In this document: positions 1-11,485 of the stretch, in pieces
Position numbering within the stretch: position 1 is the stretch's first letter
Layout: every line of letters begins with the position of its first letter
Assembly: GCA_025603075.1 (NCBI GenBank)
Contig: MU626406.1
Span: forward strand, 1-48,161
DNA: 48,161 nt
DNA from: Neoconidiobolus thromboides FSU 785
Lineage: Eukaryota > Fungi > Entomophthoromycota
Direction: 5' to 3'
Notes under the pieces: model-generated
Told to the model about the DNA's origin: nothing
Databases searched by the model: none
What the model saw: only the letters and a program-made list of their open reading frames with translations
Made by a program: the position numbers and the translations under genes

Positions 1-370
1 TTTATGTGGCTAAGATAGACTTGGATTATGAATAACAGCACGAATAGGCTACAGACTATATAAGACAAATAGAATAGACAATACTAATGTAAAATCTATG
101 TAAAATACTATTAAGAAAACTTAGTGACTTTATCAAATCTTCGAGATATCAGTGAATAATTCAGTTAAAAACCCTCGAGCTATTATGTTTTAGAATCTCT
201 TTTATACTCCGATAAGTATAAATATCGAAACGACGGGAGAATATTCTTTGAGACGAAGATAGAAATTCTCATATTAAATCAAACTAAGAACCTGGGATTG
301 ATTTTCTCTAAAATCGAGAACACAACAGCTTACGCGATTGTTATGCTATAATTAACCATGAGACTGACAA

Positions 371-471
371 AGCGATATTTCACAGTTTCATTACTTTTTC
401 TACTTTCTAAGCACTATTTAGGTGGAAAAATTTACTAGTAAATTCTTAAACAAAAAAATACATCACCATAT
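371..471 (-). mobile_element. MITE copy 1 (decayed left end; reverse orientation relative to the 19435 copy)
   Basis: Contains the family core TTTCATTACTTTTTC..TAAGCACTATTTA..GGAAAAATTT..TAGTAAATTCTTAAACAAAAAAATACATCACC followed by ATAT. Confidence 0.8.
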
Positions 472-669
472 TATTTTACCTTAATATAATAGCGTTAAAT
501 TATAATATCTATAAAAAAAAATTTAAAATTACTATTATTAAAAACATTTTAAAAATTTTATTTATATTTACTATAAATGATATTTTTTTATAAAATCTTA
601 AGTTTTAAAAGCTAAACTTTTAAATATTTGTGAGCAAAAAAATATAGACTCAGCCTCGGATTAAACTAT

Positions 670-775
670 ATAAGGGGAGATGTATTTTGTATTTAAGGAT
701 TTTACTAACAATTTTTCCACTTAAATAGCGCCTAAAAAACGGAAAAAGTAATGAAACCAAAAAACACCCCCATAA
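670..775 (+). mobile_element. MITE copy 2, 98-bp body 674-771 flanked by ATAA direct repeats
   Basis: ATAA|GGGGAGATGTATTTT...AAAAAACACCCCC|ATAA; the termini are imperfect inverted repeats. Confidence 0.9.
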
Positions 776-863
776 GGTGTTTCTTTATCGCTTTTTCTAC
801 TTTTAACTTATTTGAGTAAAAAATTTCTAATGAAATTCTTAAACAAAAAACATATTTCCATAT
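772..863 (-). mobile_element. MITE copy 3 (internally deleted, ~84 bp), abutting copy 2 in inverted orientation
   Basis: GGTGTTT..CTTTTTCTACTTTTAA..TATTTGAGT..AAATTCTTAAACAAAAAACATATTTCC|ATAT; shares the ATAA at 772-775 with copy 2. Confidence 0.7.
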
Positions 864-1165
864 TACTTTCTAATTTCAAACATTTATATGTTATAATTTT
901 ATCGATCAAAACTTATTATTAAATATACATCACAAAATTTTAGATTAACATTTTATTTCAAATCTATTAATTTTAAACATTATATCATCATATAGATTAC
1001 TATTTTTAATTGCCAAGTTTATAAAATTATTTGTAAAAATCAAATATCTTTATTAATTAGTATTAATAACTTGTTTATTTAGAGTAATAAATCTTTAATT
1101 AAAAGATTTAAGCTAGATATATCAATATGCTTAATGGTTATGTATACTATAGGGGGTAAGTAAGC

Positions 1166-2202
1166 TTATTCAAATTTAAGATTTGCGTTATTAGTTATTG
1201 TATCTTTGATAGTTAGCTTCCTTTTGGGTTTTCTTAATACTCTCATTAAATAATTATTGACTATGACTACTGACCATACTGTATTTAAAAGCCCAAGTAC
1301 AAAGATAAAGAACGAAGATAAAGCGGTGATTATAAATGGTATCTTTGATAAATTTGAGCGTAAAATAAAATACTTCTCTTCCCAATTAAGTGAATTGAGG
1401 ATTATATTACTTGGTAAACTTGCATCATAATTTGCTAACAACGTCGAATAAGGCGAAATATCTCCTGGATTATTTAGGGCGTAATAAAATAAAAATGGGG
1501 TAATAAACGATCTAAAAACTAAGAAAAATATTGCTCTAAAGAACAGCCCATAAGAATACAATGGGGAATCTTTCATCTCTATACGTTGTAAAACCCATAC
1601 AAGATTAGTTGGAATAACTGTAATTTCAGTTATAGTAAAAATCAATGGGAAAAAAGCTCCCTTTCTATACATCTATTCAAAAATAAATAAACAAATTCAA
1701 ATGAAGTCAAATAAATTTACTGGCATAAGAATTGAGCCTATTAGCCCAACTAAATGGTGTACCCACATTGAAACCTCTTCTTTTGGTTTTGTAAGCATTA
1801 CTCCCATATCGTATATAGTATAACCAACATATGAAGAGAACAAGAGGTCAATTATTTGTGGGTATGGGTCAATTATGTTCCCTTGAAATACTTTTTCCAA
1901 GAAAATGATGTAAATTCCTAAAACACCAACAATTAAGCCATTTACTGCAGAAGGAAACCTAAAAAAACAAGACAATTAATGTTTATTACTTACAAAAAAA
2001 TTGTTGATTATAATATATCCATTATACAAAAATATCTAGCTAATAAAATGAATGCTTACTTTTCGGGTAGATCAATTCGATCTTCAATGCTTAGTTTTAC
2101 TAATATCTTTTCATCTATTTTAGAAACAAAATATCGTTCTGATAATAAATGAAGAAGTAAATAAAATAAAGTAAAATATAAAACAGTAAAAAATGACAAC
2201 AT
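1166..2202 (-). CDS. TLC (TRAM/LAG1/CLN8) domain membrane protein, TMEM56/TLCD-like; 3 exons
   Basis: ATG at 2202 (MLSFFTVLY..LPEK), GTAAG intron from 2059, then FPSAVNGL..YTIYDM..WVHHLVG, a second intron, and ITEITVIPTNLVW. The GY..YD, HH and E..P.N..W motifs are typical of TLC domains. Confidence 0.75.
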
Positions 2203-2611
2203 TTTAAAAAATAATTTTTGGTTTACTTTATTTATTTGTTTATATAGTTTTTGAAGTATAATAATAATCCCCCCTTATTCGATTTACATTCCATTTTTCC
2301 TTCCATGATCCCCATATAATATAATTCAAATCACATTTTCTCGATCTCTGTTGGACATTACATCATAATTGTAAAAGTTATGTTTAGAAAGTATAATTTA
2401 AAGACAAATTATATTAAATTAAGAAATAAATTTGTCAATAAACGGAATTAAGGTTGAATGCACTTATTTAAATTAAAGGGAATTGCATAATTAAAATGCT
2501 AATAAAAATACTAGATTAAACTATTAACTATAAGTGAATAACAACACCAGTAACAATAATAACAACAACACTTTTATTTTTGTTTTTCAGTAATTAAATA
2601 GGATACAACGT

Positions 2612-4321
2612 CTATTGATCTTCGAATAAATCATAAGTCTCCTTTGTCGGTATGAGCTTCAGATCATGTAGCATACTATGAAGATGTTTATATGCATTTT
2701 GTATCTTACTTTTTTCCTTATAGGATCTAATAATATAATAATATAACTCTGGAGTTGGAATAAAACCATGAGTGTTAACCATTTCATCAAGGGTAGTCTC
2801 AAGCTCATAAAATAAATGTTTGGTAGCATACTCTCTAATAAGCATAGTATAGGTATGCTCAGAGTAAAATATAGGTCTACCATTAACCATCATTTTACGT
2901 AATAGCTCTTGTGTTAGACTTAAATTTCGAATACTTAAACTGTATTTTAAAAAGGAATTGAGATAGCTGATTTTTAAATTATTGGGTAAACTTGATAGTA
3001 CATCATCAAAATCTCCAGCTGATAAACTATTCTTTAATTCATCATTGATTTTCTCTACTAAAGGTAAGGTCACGTTGGTGCCCTCTTTAGACTCGCTTAA
3101 AACATTTAATACTGATATGTATACCCGGGGATCAAGTTTACGATTAATAGCAGATACTTTGGAAAACAATCTATAGGAAAGTCCATAATCTCCTTTCTGT
3201 CGCAAGAAACATATTGCTCTATTAACAAATAAAGAAGTCGGCATTGTTTTAAACTTTGCCAAATGGAATAACCAAGGCTCTATTTCATCTTGATAATTAT
3301 TATATATTAAATAATGTAAAAGCAAATCACATAGCTCGGTATCAGGCCTAATATTTTGTAAATGCACTTGTTTGGCTAACATCTCTTCAATTAAAAAACT
3401 GATATGATTTAAATTATATTTATCAAAAGTAATATTATTATTGTCATTCTTATTATTATTATTTTGTTCAAAATAAATTGATAATAATAAATTTAACTCA
3501 TTCAAAGAAGACTTGGGAAACCATCTATCATAAATAGTATTAATAAACATTAAATCATTAAAGCAAATCCTTTTGAAAAAATATTCTCTTATTTTGAATG
3601 GAATCAAGTCAAAACTTTGGATACCTAATATTGTTAATACTTTGTTTTCTATAGTATATATCCAACTTTTATTAATAATTCGCCTTTTGATCAATACTTG
3701 TAAAATAATCAATATTAAAAGCTTATCTATATCATAAGTTCTATTTTTTTCCATTAGCATTGATCTTTTTCTACTAAATTGCTTATGTTTTAGTAACCAA
3801 AAAATTGAAGGGTTCATGGATAATTTAGGTGAAATAAGAGACACTATACTAAATAATTGGTCAACTTCCTCTCTATCTAATTCATATTGAAGTCTAATCA
3901 GTATACTAAACATTTTGCTGTTGTTTAATTCATCTTCCAATATTAAATTATAGATAAAATCGTTTATTTCCGAAGCTTTGCAATATCCCAGCTCTTCTTT
4001 TGATACCCGCCCTTGGTTCCTTAAAATATACCTATTGTCATTTTCTATATCTATTTTCTTTGTATTATTTGGCCCGCTCCCACTCAAAAACTTGACAAAG
4101 TCTTCTCTACTTTCAACTAATGATTTAAACTTATCCTCTTCACTATTTATATCCTTTTCTGTATTATTATATAAAGTAATGCCTACTTCCGCATTGGCTG
4201 TTGTATAGTTCCTAATCAAAATCGTTCTCCTCTTTCTATAAACTTTAGCTAAGGGTGAAAATAATTTATCTCTTGTGTTCCTCAAATTAATTATACAAAT
4301 ATTACAATTTAAATAAAGCAT
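2612..4321 (-). CDS. Pentatricopeptide-repeat (PPR) protein, probably mitochondrial; 569 aa, intronless
   Basis: C-terminal 35-aa PPR-like units (HTYTMLIREY..DEMV..GFIPT; ELYYYIIRSY..HSML..LIPT) and a basic N-terminal presequence-like segment. Confidence 0.8.
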   Translation of the reverse strand: MLYLNCNICIINLRNTRDKLFSPLAKVYRKRRTILIRNYTTANAEVGITLYNNTEKDINSEEDKFKSLVESREDFVKFLSGSGPNNTKKIDIENDNRYILRNQGRVSKEELGYCKASEINDFIYNLILEDELNNSKMFSILIRLQYELDREEVDQLFSIVSLISPKLSMNPSIFWLLKHKQFSRKRSMLMEKNRTYDIDKLLILIILQVLIKRRIINKSWIYTIENKVLTILGIQSFDLIPFKIREYFFKRICFNDLMFINTIYDRWFPKSSLNELNLLLSIYFEQNNNNKNDNNNITFDKYNLNHISFLIEEMLAKQVHLQNIRPDTELCDLLLHYLIYNNYQDEIEPWLFHLAKFKTMPTSLFVNRAICFLRQKGDYGLSYRLFSKVSAINRKLDPRVYISVLNVLSESKEGTNVTLPLVEKINDELKNSLSAGDFDDVLSSLPNNLKISYLNSFLKYSLSIRNLSLTQELLRKMMVNGRPIFYSEHTYTMLIREYATKHLFYELETTLDEMVNTHGFIPTPELYYYIIRSYKEKSKIQNAYKHLHSMLHDLKLIPTKETYDLFEDQ

Positions 4322-4400
4322 TTAAAAAAATTATGGATTGAAATCCAAAATTGATTTGAATAATTATTCTTTTTAAATTCATTTTTTCTAAAATTTTAAA

Positions 4401-7074
4401 ATGGGTAGAAGGAATCGAGCAGTACTTCTTGGGAATAACCTTCCACAATTACAAAATCTTATTAAAAGAGATCCGGAAAGTTATAAAGAAGAATTCCTTC
4501 AACAGTACAGACATTTTGAAAGTAGTTTAAGTTTGTTTGAGCTTAAGCCAGATGCCGAAAACAAAGAACTCGGGGACTTAATCATGTTTCTTTCACAAGT
4601 TGTAAAACTTTACCAAGAACAAGCAAAAGTTTTTCCTAATCAGTTGATTGAACTATTGACAAAGTTTCATATGGTATTATGCCCAGATCTTCGTAAATCA
4701 ATTGTACAATCTTTAATTTTACTTAAGAACAAAGGAGTAATTGAAAGCATGGAGTAAGGTTTTACTTAGTTAATTTTTTGTCATACATTAATATGTTTCT
4801 TAGTTTACTTTCATTGTTTTTTACACTTTTTCGTTGCAAAGATAAGCTTTTAAGAGAGATCCTTTACACCTTTATTATTAATGATATAAAAGATGCCAAT
4901 TCAAAGCATAAGGATAATAGACTTAATAAGACTTTACAGAACTTTCTCTATTCAATATTTCAAAAAGCTCAAGGCTTGAGCAATAATAGTAATGCACCTG
5001 ATGGCAGTGAAAATGTCATAGCTGCTAAAAAATCTTTACAAGTATGTATTGAACTTTATAGGAAAAATATTTGGTAAGTAAATAGAAAAAAGTTTACTAG
5101 AAACTAACTTAATTTAGGAATGACAAAAAGACGGTTAATGTTATTGCTGAGGCTTGTTTATCCCCTATAGGAACCCTTGTATTTCCTGCTGCTCATTTTT
5201 TCCTTGGAAATAATGAAACAGAAGACTCCGATGATGAAGACGAAGTAACTTAATTAAAACATGACTAACTTAATATTTATTGCTATTTGACCCTTAGATT
5301 GATATTAGACAATTAGATCATCAGTCGCAAATTAATAAAAAAACGAAAGCAAGAGCTAGAAAAAGAGAAAAGGCAGTTGCTTCCTTAAGAAGGGTACATT
5401 TTAATTTAATTTGAATTGATTTATAAATTTGACAACCATTTTAGAGAGAAAGGAAAGGAAAGAAAGCAGAAGTATTCAATTTCTCTGCATTACATCTTAT
5501 TAATGACCCACAAGGTTTATTTTTTCCTTTAAAAATTGTTTTTTACTAAAGTAAATTATATAGGTTTTGCAGAAAAGCTTTTTGCTCGTTTAAATAAGGC
5601 TGGAAATGAAGGTTTTGAATTAAAATTGATCCTCATGAAACTCATAGCAAGAGTGATCGGCATACATAAGTTGATTTTATTAGGGTTCTATCCTTACCTT
5701 ATTAAATATATACAACCTCATCAAAGAGATGTCACTCAAATATTAGCTTTAACTGCACAGTCATGTCATGAAATTGTCCCACCGGAAACGTTAGAGCCTT
5801 TGCTTTCAGCAATTACTAAAAATTTTGTTTCAGAAAATATGTCTAATGAAGTCATTTCTGCAGGGTAAATTTATTTGCTAGGCATTAAGCTTATTTAAAT
5901 TAACCTTTGATTTTAGTATCAATTCAATTAGAGAAATTTGTGCTCGTGCACCATTGATTATGAATGAAGATTTATTACAAGATCTTACTGAATATAAAAA
6001 GATCAAAGACAAATCAGTTGTTATGGCATCTCGTTCTCTTATACAATTATTCCGAGAAATAAACCCATCTTTACTTAAAAAGAAGGACCGTGGGCGTGAT
6101 GCTACTGTTGCTAAAATTTCTGGAAATGAGACTAAAGTGCTTAAGTATGGTGAGATTCAAACAGCTGAAGGAATATCTGGTATAGAATACCTTGAGTCAA
6201 GTGGTTCAGAAAATGATGATGATGATGAAGAGAAAGAAGATGTGGAAAACGATGAAGAGGAAGATGACGAAGAAGATGAAGAGGAACTAGAAGATGATGA
6301 AGAGGAACTAGAAGATGATGAAGAGGAACTAGAAGATGATGAAGAGGAACTAGAAGAAGGTATAGATAACGTAGTTGACAATGCAGAAGGTACGAAAGAT
6401 GTTAGTTTTTATAAACAATTTTTTAACATTAAATAGACTCCAAAGAAGAAGAAAAAGTACAAAAGAAAGTGAGAGTAGATGCCCTTAGAGTAAATGATTT
6501 ATAAATCAGTTCAATAGTAATTTAATCATTTTTAGATTTTGACGGATGAAGATTTTAAACTTATTAAAAAGAAGCAAAGAAATGTATCAATGAATTTAGA
6601 TAAAAATCATGGGATAAAAAGAAAGTCCAAGGCTGAAAGGTAATCAATAAATAGTTTAATTTTAACAACTCCAACCTATTTTATAGTGATTCTGAAGATG
6701 ACTCTCAAGCTTCTGATGATGATAAAAATGATGAAGTTGTTGATGAATCTGCTATCACTAGGTTCCACAAAAAAGCTAAGCAAGATTACCAGCAGAGAAT
6801 GGAATCTATTCAAGCCGGTAGAGAAGGTCGTGCAAAATTTGGCTCAAATTTTTCTAAAAAAACTGATAAGCACAGTACAACAAATCGTCAAAAGAAGCGT
6901 GGTAAAAATTTCTTAATGGTTGCCCATAAAAAGGGAGTTTTACAAAAGTCTAAAATGTCTTTAAGAGATAAACAAGTAACTATTTTTATTTTTATAGTTT
7001 ATTTTTATTCATCTTAATTTTTTTAGACTCAACTACGTACTCGTATTGAAAAACAAAAGAAAAGAAAACATTAA
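4401..7074 (+). CDS. SDA1: SDA1, 60S ribosomal subunit maturation/export factor; multi-exon
   Basis: [25 protein letters not shown]-terminus, [19 protein letters not shown], acidic linker, [16 protein letters not shown]-terminus; last exon ends with TAA at 7072-7074. Confidence 0.95.
6275..6358 (+). repeat. 21-bp coding minisatellite x4 (GATGAAGAGGAACTAGAAGAT; DEEELED) in the SDA1 acidic linker
   Basis: Direct tandem copies at 6275, 6296, 6317 and 6338. Confidence 0.95.
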
Positions 7075-7243
7075 GAAAAAAATCAAGTTAGTTTTGATTT
7101 CGATGCTATCAATTGCTCTAAAATTTAGGATAGGATAGTTTATAGAGTCCTATTCTCTTTTATAGTTATACAATCTTATTAAACTTTTAATAGACCTTTA
7201 ATAGTAATAAAAATTATTATTATATTTAAGATATAAATTATAA

Positions 7244-7350
7244 ATATGGGAGTGTTTTTTTTGGCTTCATTACTTTTTCCGTCTTTTAAGCACTATTTAA
7301 GCAGAAAGATTGTTAGTAAAATTCTTAAACACAAAAATACATCCCCATAT
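7244..7350 (-). mobile_element. MITE copy 4, between the convergent SDA1 and CENP-T 3' ends
   Basis: ATAT|GGGAGTGTTTTT...AAAAATACATCCCC|ATAT; the 73-aa ORF at 7246 is a by-product of the element. Confidence 0.92.
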
Positions 7351-7410
7351 ATTCATTCTATTTCTTCAAAATCAAAAATGATGACCAAAATTTTAATAAT
7401 TAAATATTTA

Positions 7411-10400
7411 TTATTCATTAATATAATTAATAGCTGGTTTCATTTCTTCTTCAATTGGCTCGATTAATTCTCTTGGCAAAGTCCGATGTAAAATTGAAGT
7501 TAAAGTTTGGCTTTTTGATAAATACCCTTGTCTAAAATAATGTTGAATATAAAATCGAAAATAATAAATAGTGTGCTGATATTTTACCTTTTTAATAAAA
7601 TTTCCAAATCCGAATTTTCAATTGTCTTCCTTCCTGCATGTTTAGAATAATAGGTTAAATGTTGAGCTGTTTGTTCAAAATACAAATAGGTTGCTCTATT
7701 TAATGCAGTAACGCTATCTCTAGATAAACGAAGTCTATTTATACCACTGCTTAGACTATGTTCTGCAATATTCTTTAAGAGCTTTCCTGGGAGATTTGGG
7801 ACTTCCATACCACTAGCAGATCTTGAAACTAATTTAGTCTTTAAGGATTGTTTTCATTTAAGATTTACCTATATGTAGTCATTCCTTTACTACTGGAAGG
7901 GTTGGTTGATGATTTAAACCTAATGTCTTTCATATCAAGCAACGAGGTGGGAGGTTCGTTCTCTTTATCTTCATATTTCTCAAACGTTCTTTTTGGCATT
8001 TTTAAACTTGGTTCTACTAAAAGGTTCATATCAACATCTTTATCAGAGAGCAAATTATTAATATCTTGAATTAGAGATTCTATCTTTGATAGTGAATTAA
8101 GATCGCTGTTATCATCAGGTGGCGTTAATGGGTATATATTATCATCATTTCTCTGGAGCCCCAAATTTAACTTAGAATAATTAAATTCAATATCATCAAA
8201 ATAATGCGCTTCTACATCAGTTCTATTCATATTTTGTGTATCTAAAATATTGTCGATTTCTTTAACAACCTGACTATTTATATCAAGTGCTGTTTCTTTC
8301 AACCTTTTTTCAATATTATTATTACTTATTTGAATTATGCTATCATCGATTTGTTCTGAAATCATGTCTTCAACCTGAGCTTCATTTCCAGCCTCTATGC
8401 TATATATATTATCCTCAATCTGTATAGAAGCCTCCTGCTTTTTCTCTAGACTTAAATTGTGAACTATAGATGATATTTTACTTTCCTCTTCTTGGAATGA
8501 TATAGCTACTTCCTCATTAGCCAAATAACTGAATTGATTTATGCTCTCTTGATTTTCCTTAACCATCCCATCAATTTTATTTGATCCCTCAACACTGTTT
8601 ATATTACTAAATGTTAATTCATCTATATCTTCTTCTTGGCTTCCAGTATCTGTTAAGGATTTTTCATTTTCTTCATGTATGCTACTGAAATCCGATTTTT
8701 CGTCAACTTCTGTTTCAATGCTAGAAAAGACTTCTTGATTTTCAATTTCCCCCATTCTCTCGCTTACTTCACCTTCAGTTGTATATGCTGAATCCACTAA
8801 TACATTACCATTACTACTGTTATTGGTTGAAGGTTCCACTTCGGGTAAAAACACTTCTTTGTGTGAAGCTTCAGTAGTATAAGAAGCCATATTGTTATTA
8901 ACTTCATCTACTACCTGTTTGCTTATACTAATTTCATTACTCATGACTGGAGTTATTGTGTTTTTTGGGTAAACATTTGATTGGGAATTTTTGTTACTGT
9001 CTTTGTTTACAAATGACACTTGATGTAAATTCGGGCTATCGCCAGGATTCAAATCAAAAGCATTGTTACTATTTATAGGACTCTTGGAGGATATACTATT
9101 TGTCTTACTATTATCATTTTGTATAGATTCTTGGATAAGATTATAACTCAAAGAGTTGTATTGTGAGTTTGGATCAATATATATATTGTCATTATTTTTA
9201 AATTCTTTATTTATATTTTTACTTAGATTATAATTTGCTGTTGATGGATCTTTAATTGTTTCATAGTTAAGTTGATCTTCCATTAAACCCGCTTTATCAA
9301 CCACATTAATTTCTTCCCCTAAATAATAATCATCGTTATGTAATGGTGAAATATGACCTTGGTTGTTGAGGCCTTGTTCACTTGGTTTTATACTGTGATT
9401 AGAATAATAATTCTCACTTTTATGTATTGATGACATATAACTTAAGTCATTGACACCATACTCACTTTCCCTTATGCTTTGAGTAGAATACAGTCTTGAT
9501 ATATTACTTGGTGTAGATACATCTGATATTGGAGGTGCAGTTGATGGTGTTCTCTCACCAAACCCAAAAACATTGTGCAATTCATTATCGATTTTGAGTG
9601 AATCTTCATTAAATGAAACATCAGACACCAAGCTGTTAATAAACGACTTTTCTGTGGATATATTGAAATCCTTTAATATTTTACTTACATCAACAAACGA
9701 ATCATCAAAAATCTGTTCATCTGGCGTGCCTGTTATTGGAATACTCTCTTGAAGTACGGATTCCGGAAGCTTGCTTAAATAGTTGCCGTTTTTTTCGACC
9801 TCTTTAAGCTTCGCTTTATCAGTTGCCGATTCCTTATAGTCACTGTCCATTTTAGTTACTGGGGCGTTTTTTTTCTTACTTGTTTCCAATATACCTTGGG
9901 GATTTAATTTGGGCGAGGCTTTACGCTTATATGTTTTTTTGTCACTTGTTTCCATAGCTATAATATAAATATTATTTCAAAATAGTAAAATAATAATACC
10001 TTTAACCAATAACCCTAACAATCCATGAGGAGGCTCCTCCGAATCAAGGACATCAGAATTTGTATCAAAATCTTCAATTAGAGTATTTGATATTTGTATA
10101 TTGTCTTCTGGAGTTGGTGAAATATTCAATCTAGTATTTATATATGATGATTTATCATATTTGGTACCCTGAGCTTTGCTGACAACATTACCTTTGTTAA
10201 TAGCTTTATTACTTGATTCGAGAAATGAGCTTCTTTTTATTCTATTGTAAGTCTAAAAGTAAAACAAGTTAATACTTAAATGACAAATAAAAATTACTAC
10301 ATTTATAGTTGGGCTTAAATCCAAGCTAACACTTTTCTCGCTTATTGAACTATTGGAACTTCTTCTTTGATTTCTCACTGGGGTAGCTCCAAATATTCGT

Positions 10401-10744
10401 GTTTGAGTATTAAAAGCATCATTCTGTTCTATACCATTACCAATCATACTGAATTCTGTAATATTTTCGCCATTTCGAGTTTTTAGATCAAAATCACTTA
10501 TACCTCTCTCATTTCTTTTGCTTGAGTCTTTATTAAAGGTAGTTGAAGATCCCAAATTCAAGTTTATTTTGCTTCTTTCATAATTTTTAAACCTATTTTG
10601 TTTTGTTTGCTTATTATCTACTTCCTTTGTTAGATTTGTCGTATTAATGTTTTTTATAGTCAATCTGCGCCGTAACGGCCTTTTTCTCCTATATCTTAAT
10701 GAAGTCCCACTGCTAGGGCTTGAGTCTTTGTCACTCTCATCCAT
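7411..10744 (-). CDS. CENPT: CENP-T/Cnp20-like kinetochore protein (C-terminal H4-like histone fold, long acidic disordered N-terminus); ~5 exons, ~1050 aa estimated
   Basis: Last exons give LPGKLLKNIAEHSL..LSRDSVTALNRATYLYFEQTAQHLTYYSKHAGRKTIENSDLEILLKRQGYLSKSQTLTSILHRTLPRELIEPI, matching the CENP-T_C pattern; upstream ORFs join through GT-AG introns. Confidence 0.85.
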
Positions 10745-10833
10745 TTTTATTAAAAAAAGCGTATTTGAATTTGTAAAGGATAATTTTCATAAATAGAATT
10801 TGGGCATATAGTTTTTATTGCCCAGAATCTCTT

Positions 10834-10941
10834 GGATGGAAAGTGTTTTTTTTGACTTCATTATTTTTTCCATTTTTTAAGCACTATTTAAGCGGAAAAT
10901 TTGTCAGTAAAATTCTTAAACGCAAAAATGCATCCCCATAT
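10834..10941 (-). mobile_element. MITE copy 5, in the CENP-T / DUF4269 divergent promoter
   Basis: GGAAAGTGTTTTTTTTGACTTCATTATTTTTTCC...AAAAATGCATCCCC|ATAT. Confidence 0.9.
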
Positions 10942-10993
10942 TTGATTTTAGAATTGTAAATTCCAAAATAACATCAAAATAAAGTTAGTAGTT

Positions 10994-11485
10994 ATGTCAG
11001 AAGAAATAACAAGTATTTTTAATAAGATTAAAAGCATCTATAAAGAGTATGATTTAAATTTAGTATCAGGTGGCTTAGTTGATTCAAAAGGTAAATCTGA
11101 TGTTGATATTTCTCTCTATTGTGAAGCTTACAATACCTTACATCATGTCTTTAAAAATAGTACTGCAACTACATATCCTGATGAAAAAGCAACAATATAT
11201 TCTATAAGCGGGTATGATAGAGAGGTAAATATATTTGCTACAAGTGATATTAATAGAGTAAATATAGCTATTAAGCATAGAAATAACGAGTTGAAGTTGA
11301 ATAAATATCCATTATTGGTTTCTGCAGCTATAACGTTAAAAAGATTAGGAGAAAGTACAGAAAGTGCATGGATGAAAGTACTGGAACTAAATGGTGATCC
11401 ATATCAAATAATGGCTAGAGATGATATAGAAGATATCGCCAAAATCCAAGAAGAAAGATTAAAAATGATTATGAATAAACTATGA
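10994..11485 (+). CDS. DUF4269-like protein (putative nucleotidyltransferase fold), intronless, 163 aa
   Basis: SG..SDVDI (NTase-like), EVNIF, AIKH and LKRLGESTESAWMKVLELNGDPY resemble the bacterial DUF4269 pattern SDLDI..EIEIF..AYRH..LK..G.KTEPAFA.LLGL.GDPY (from memory). Confidence 0.65.
   Translation: MSEEITSIFNKIKSIYKEYDLNLVSGGLVDSKGKSDVDISLYCEAYNTLHHVFKNSTATTYPDEKATIYSISGYDREVNIFATSDINRVNIAIKHRNNELKLNKYPLLVSAAITLKRLGESTESAWMKVLELNGDPYQIMARDDIEDIAKIQEERLKMIMNKL

Noticed and set aside
1-370. Slightly GC-richer start of the window, possible transposon or gene remnant
   Set aside because: No open frame or recognisable motif on either strand
2659-4208. Small ORFs overlapping the first PPR gene (2659, 2982, 3978)
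   Set aside because: Alternative-frame or antisense shadows of a long real ORF; the same applies to those inside 26341-28392, ERI1, MOB4 and XRN2
6157-6381. Poly-Ser ORF on the minus strand
   Set aside because: Antisense shadow of the SDA1 acidic repeat
7246-7467. 73-aa ORF
   Set aside because: Starts inside a MITE and overlaps the CENP-T last exon in antisense
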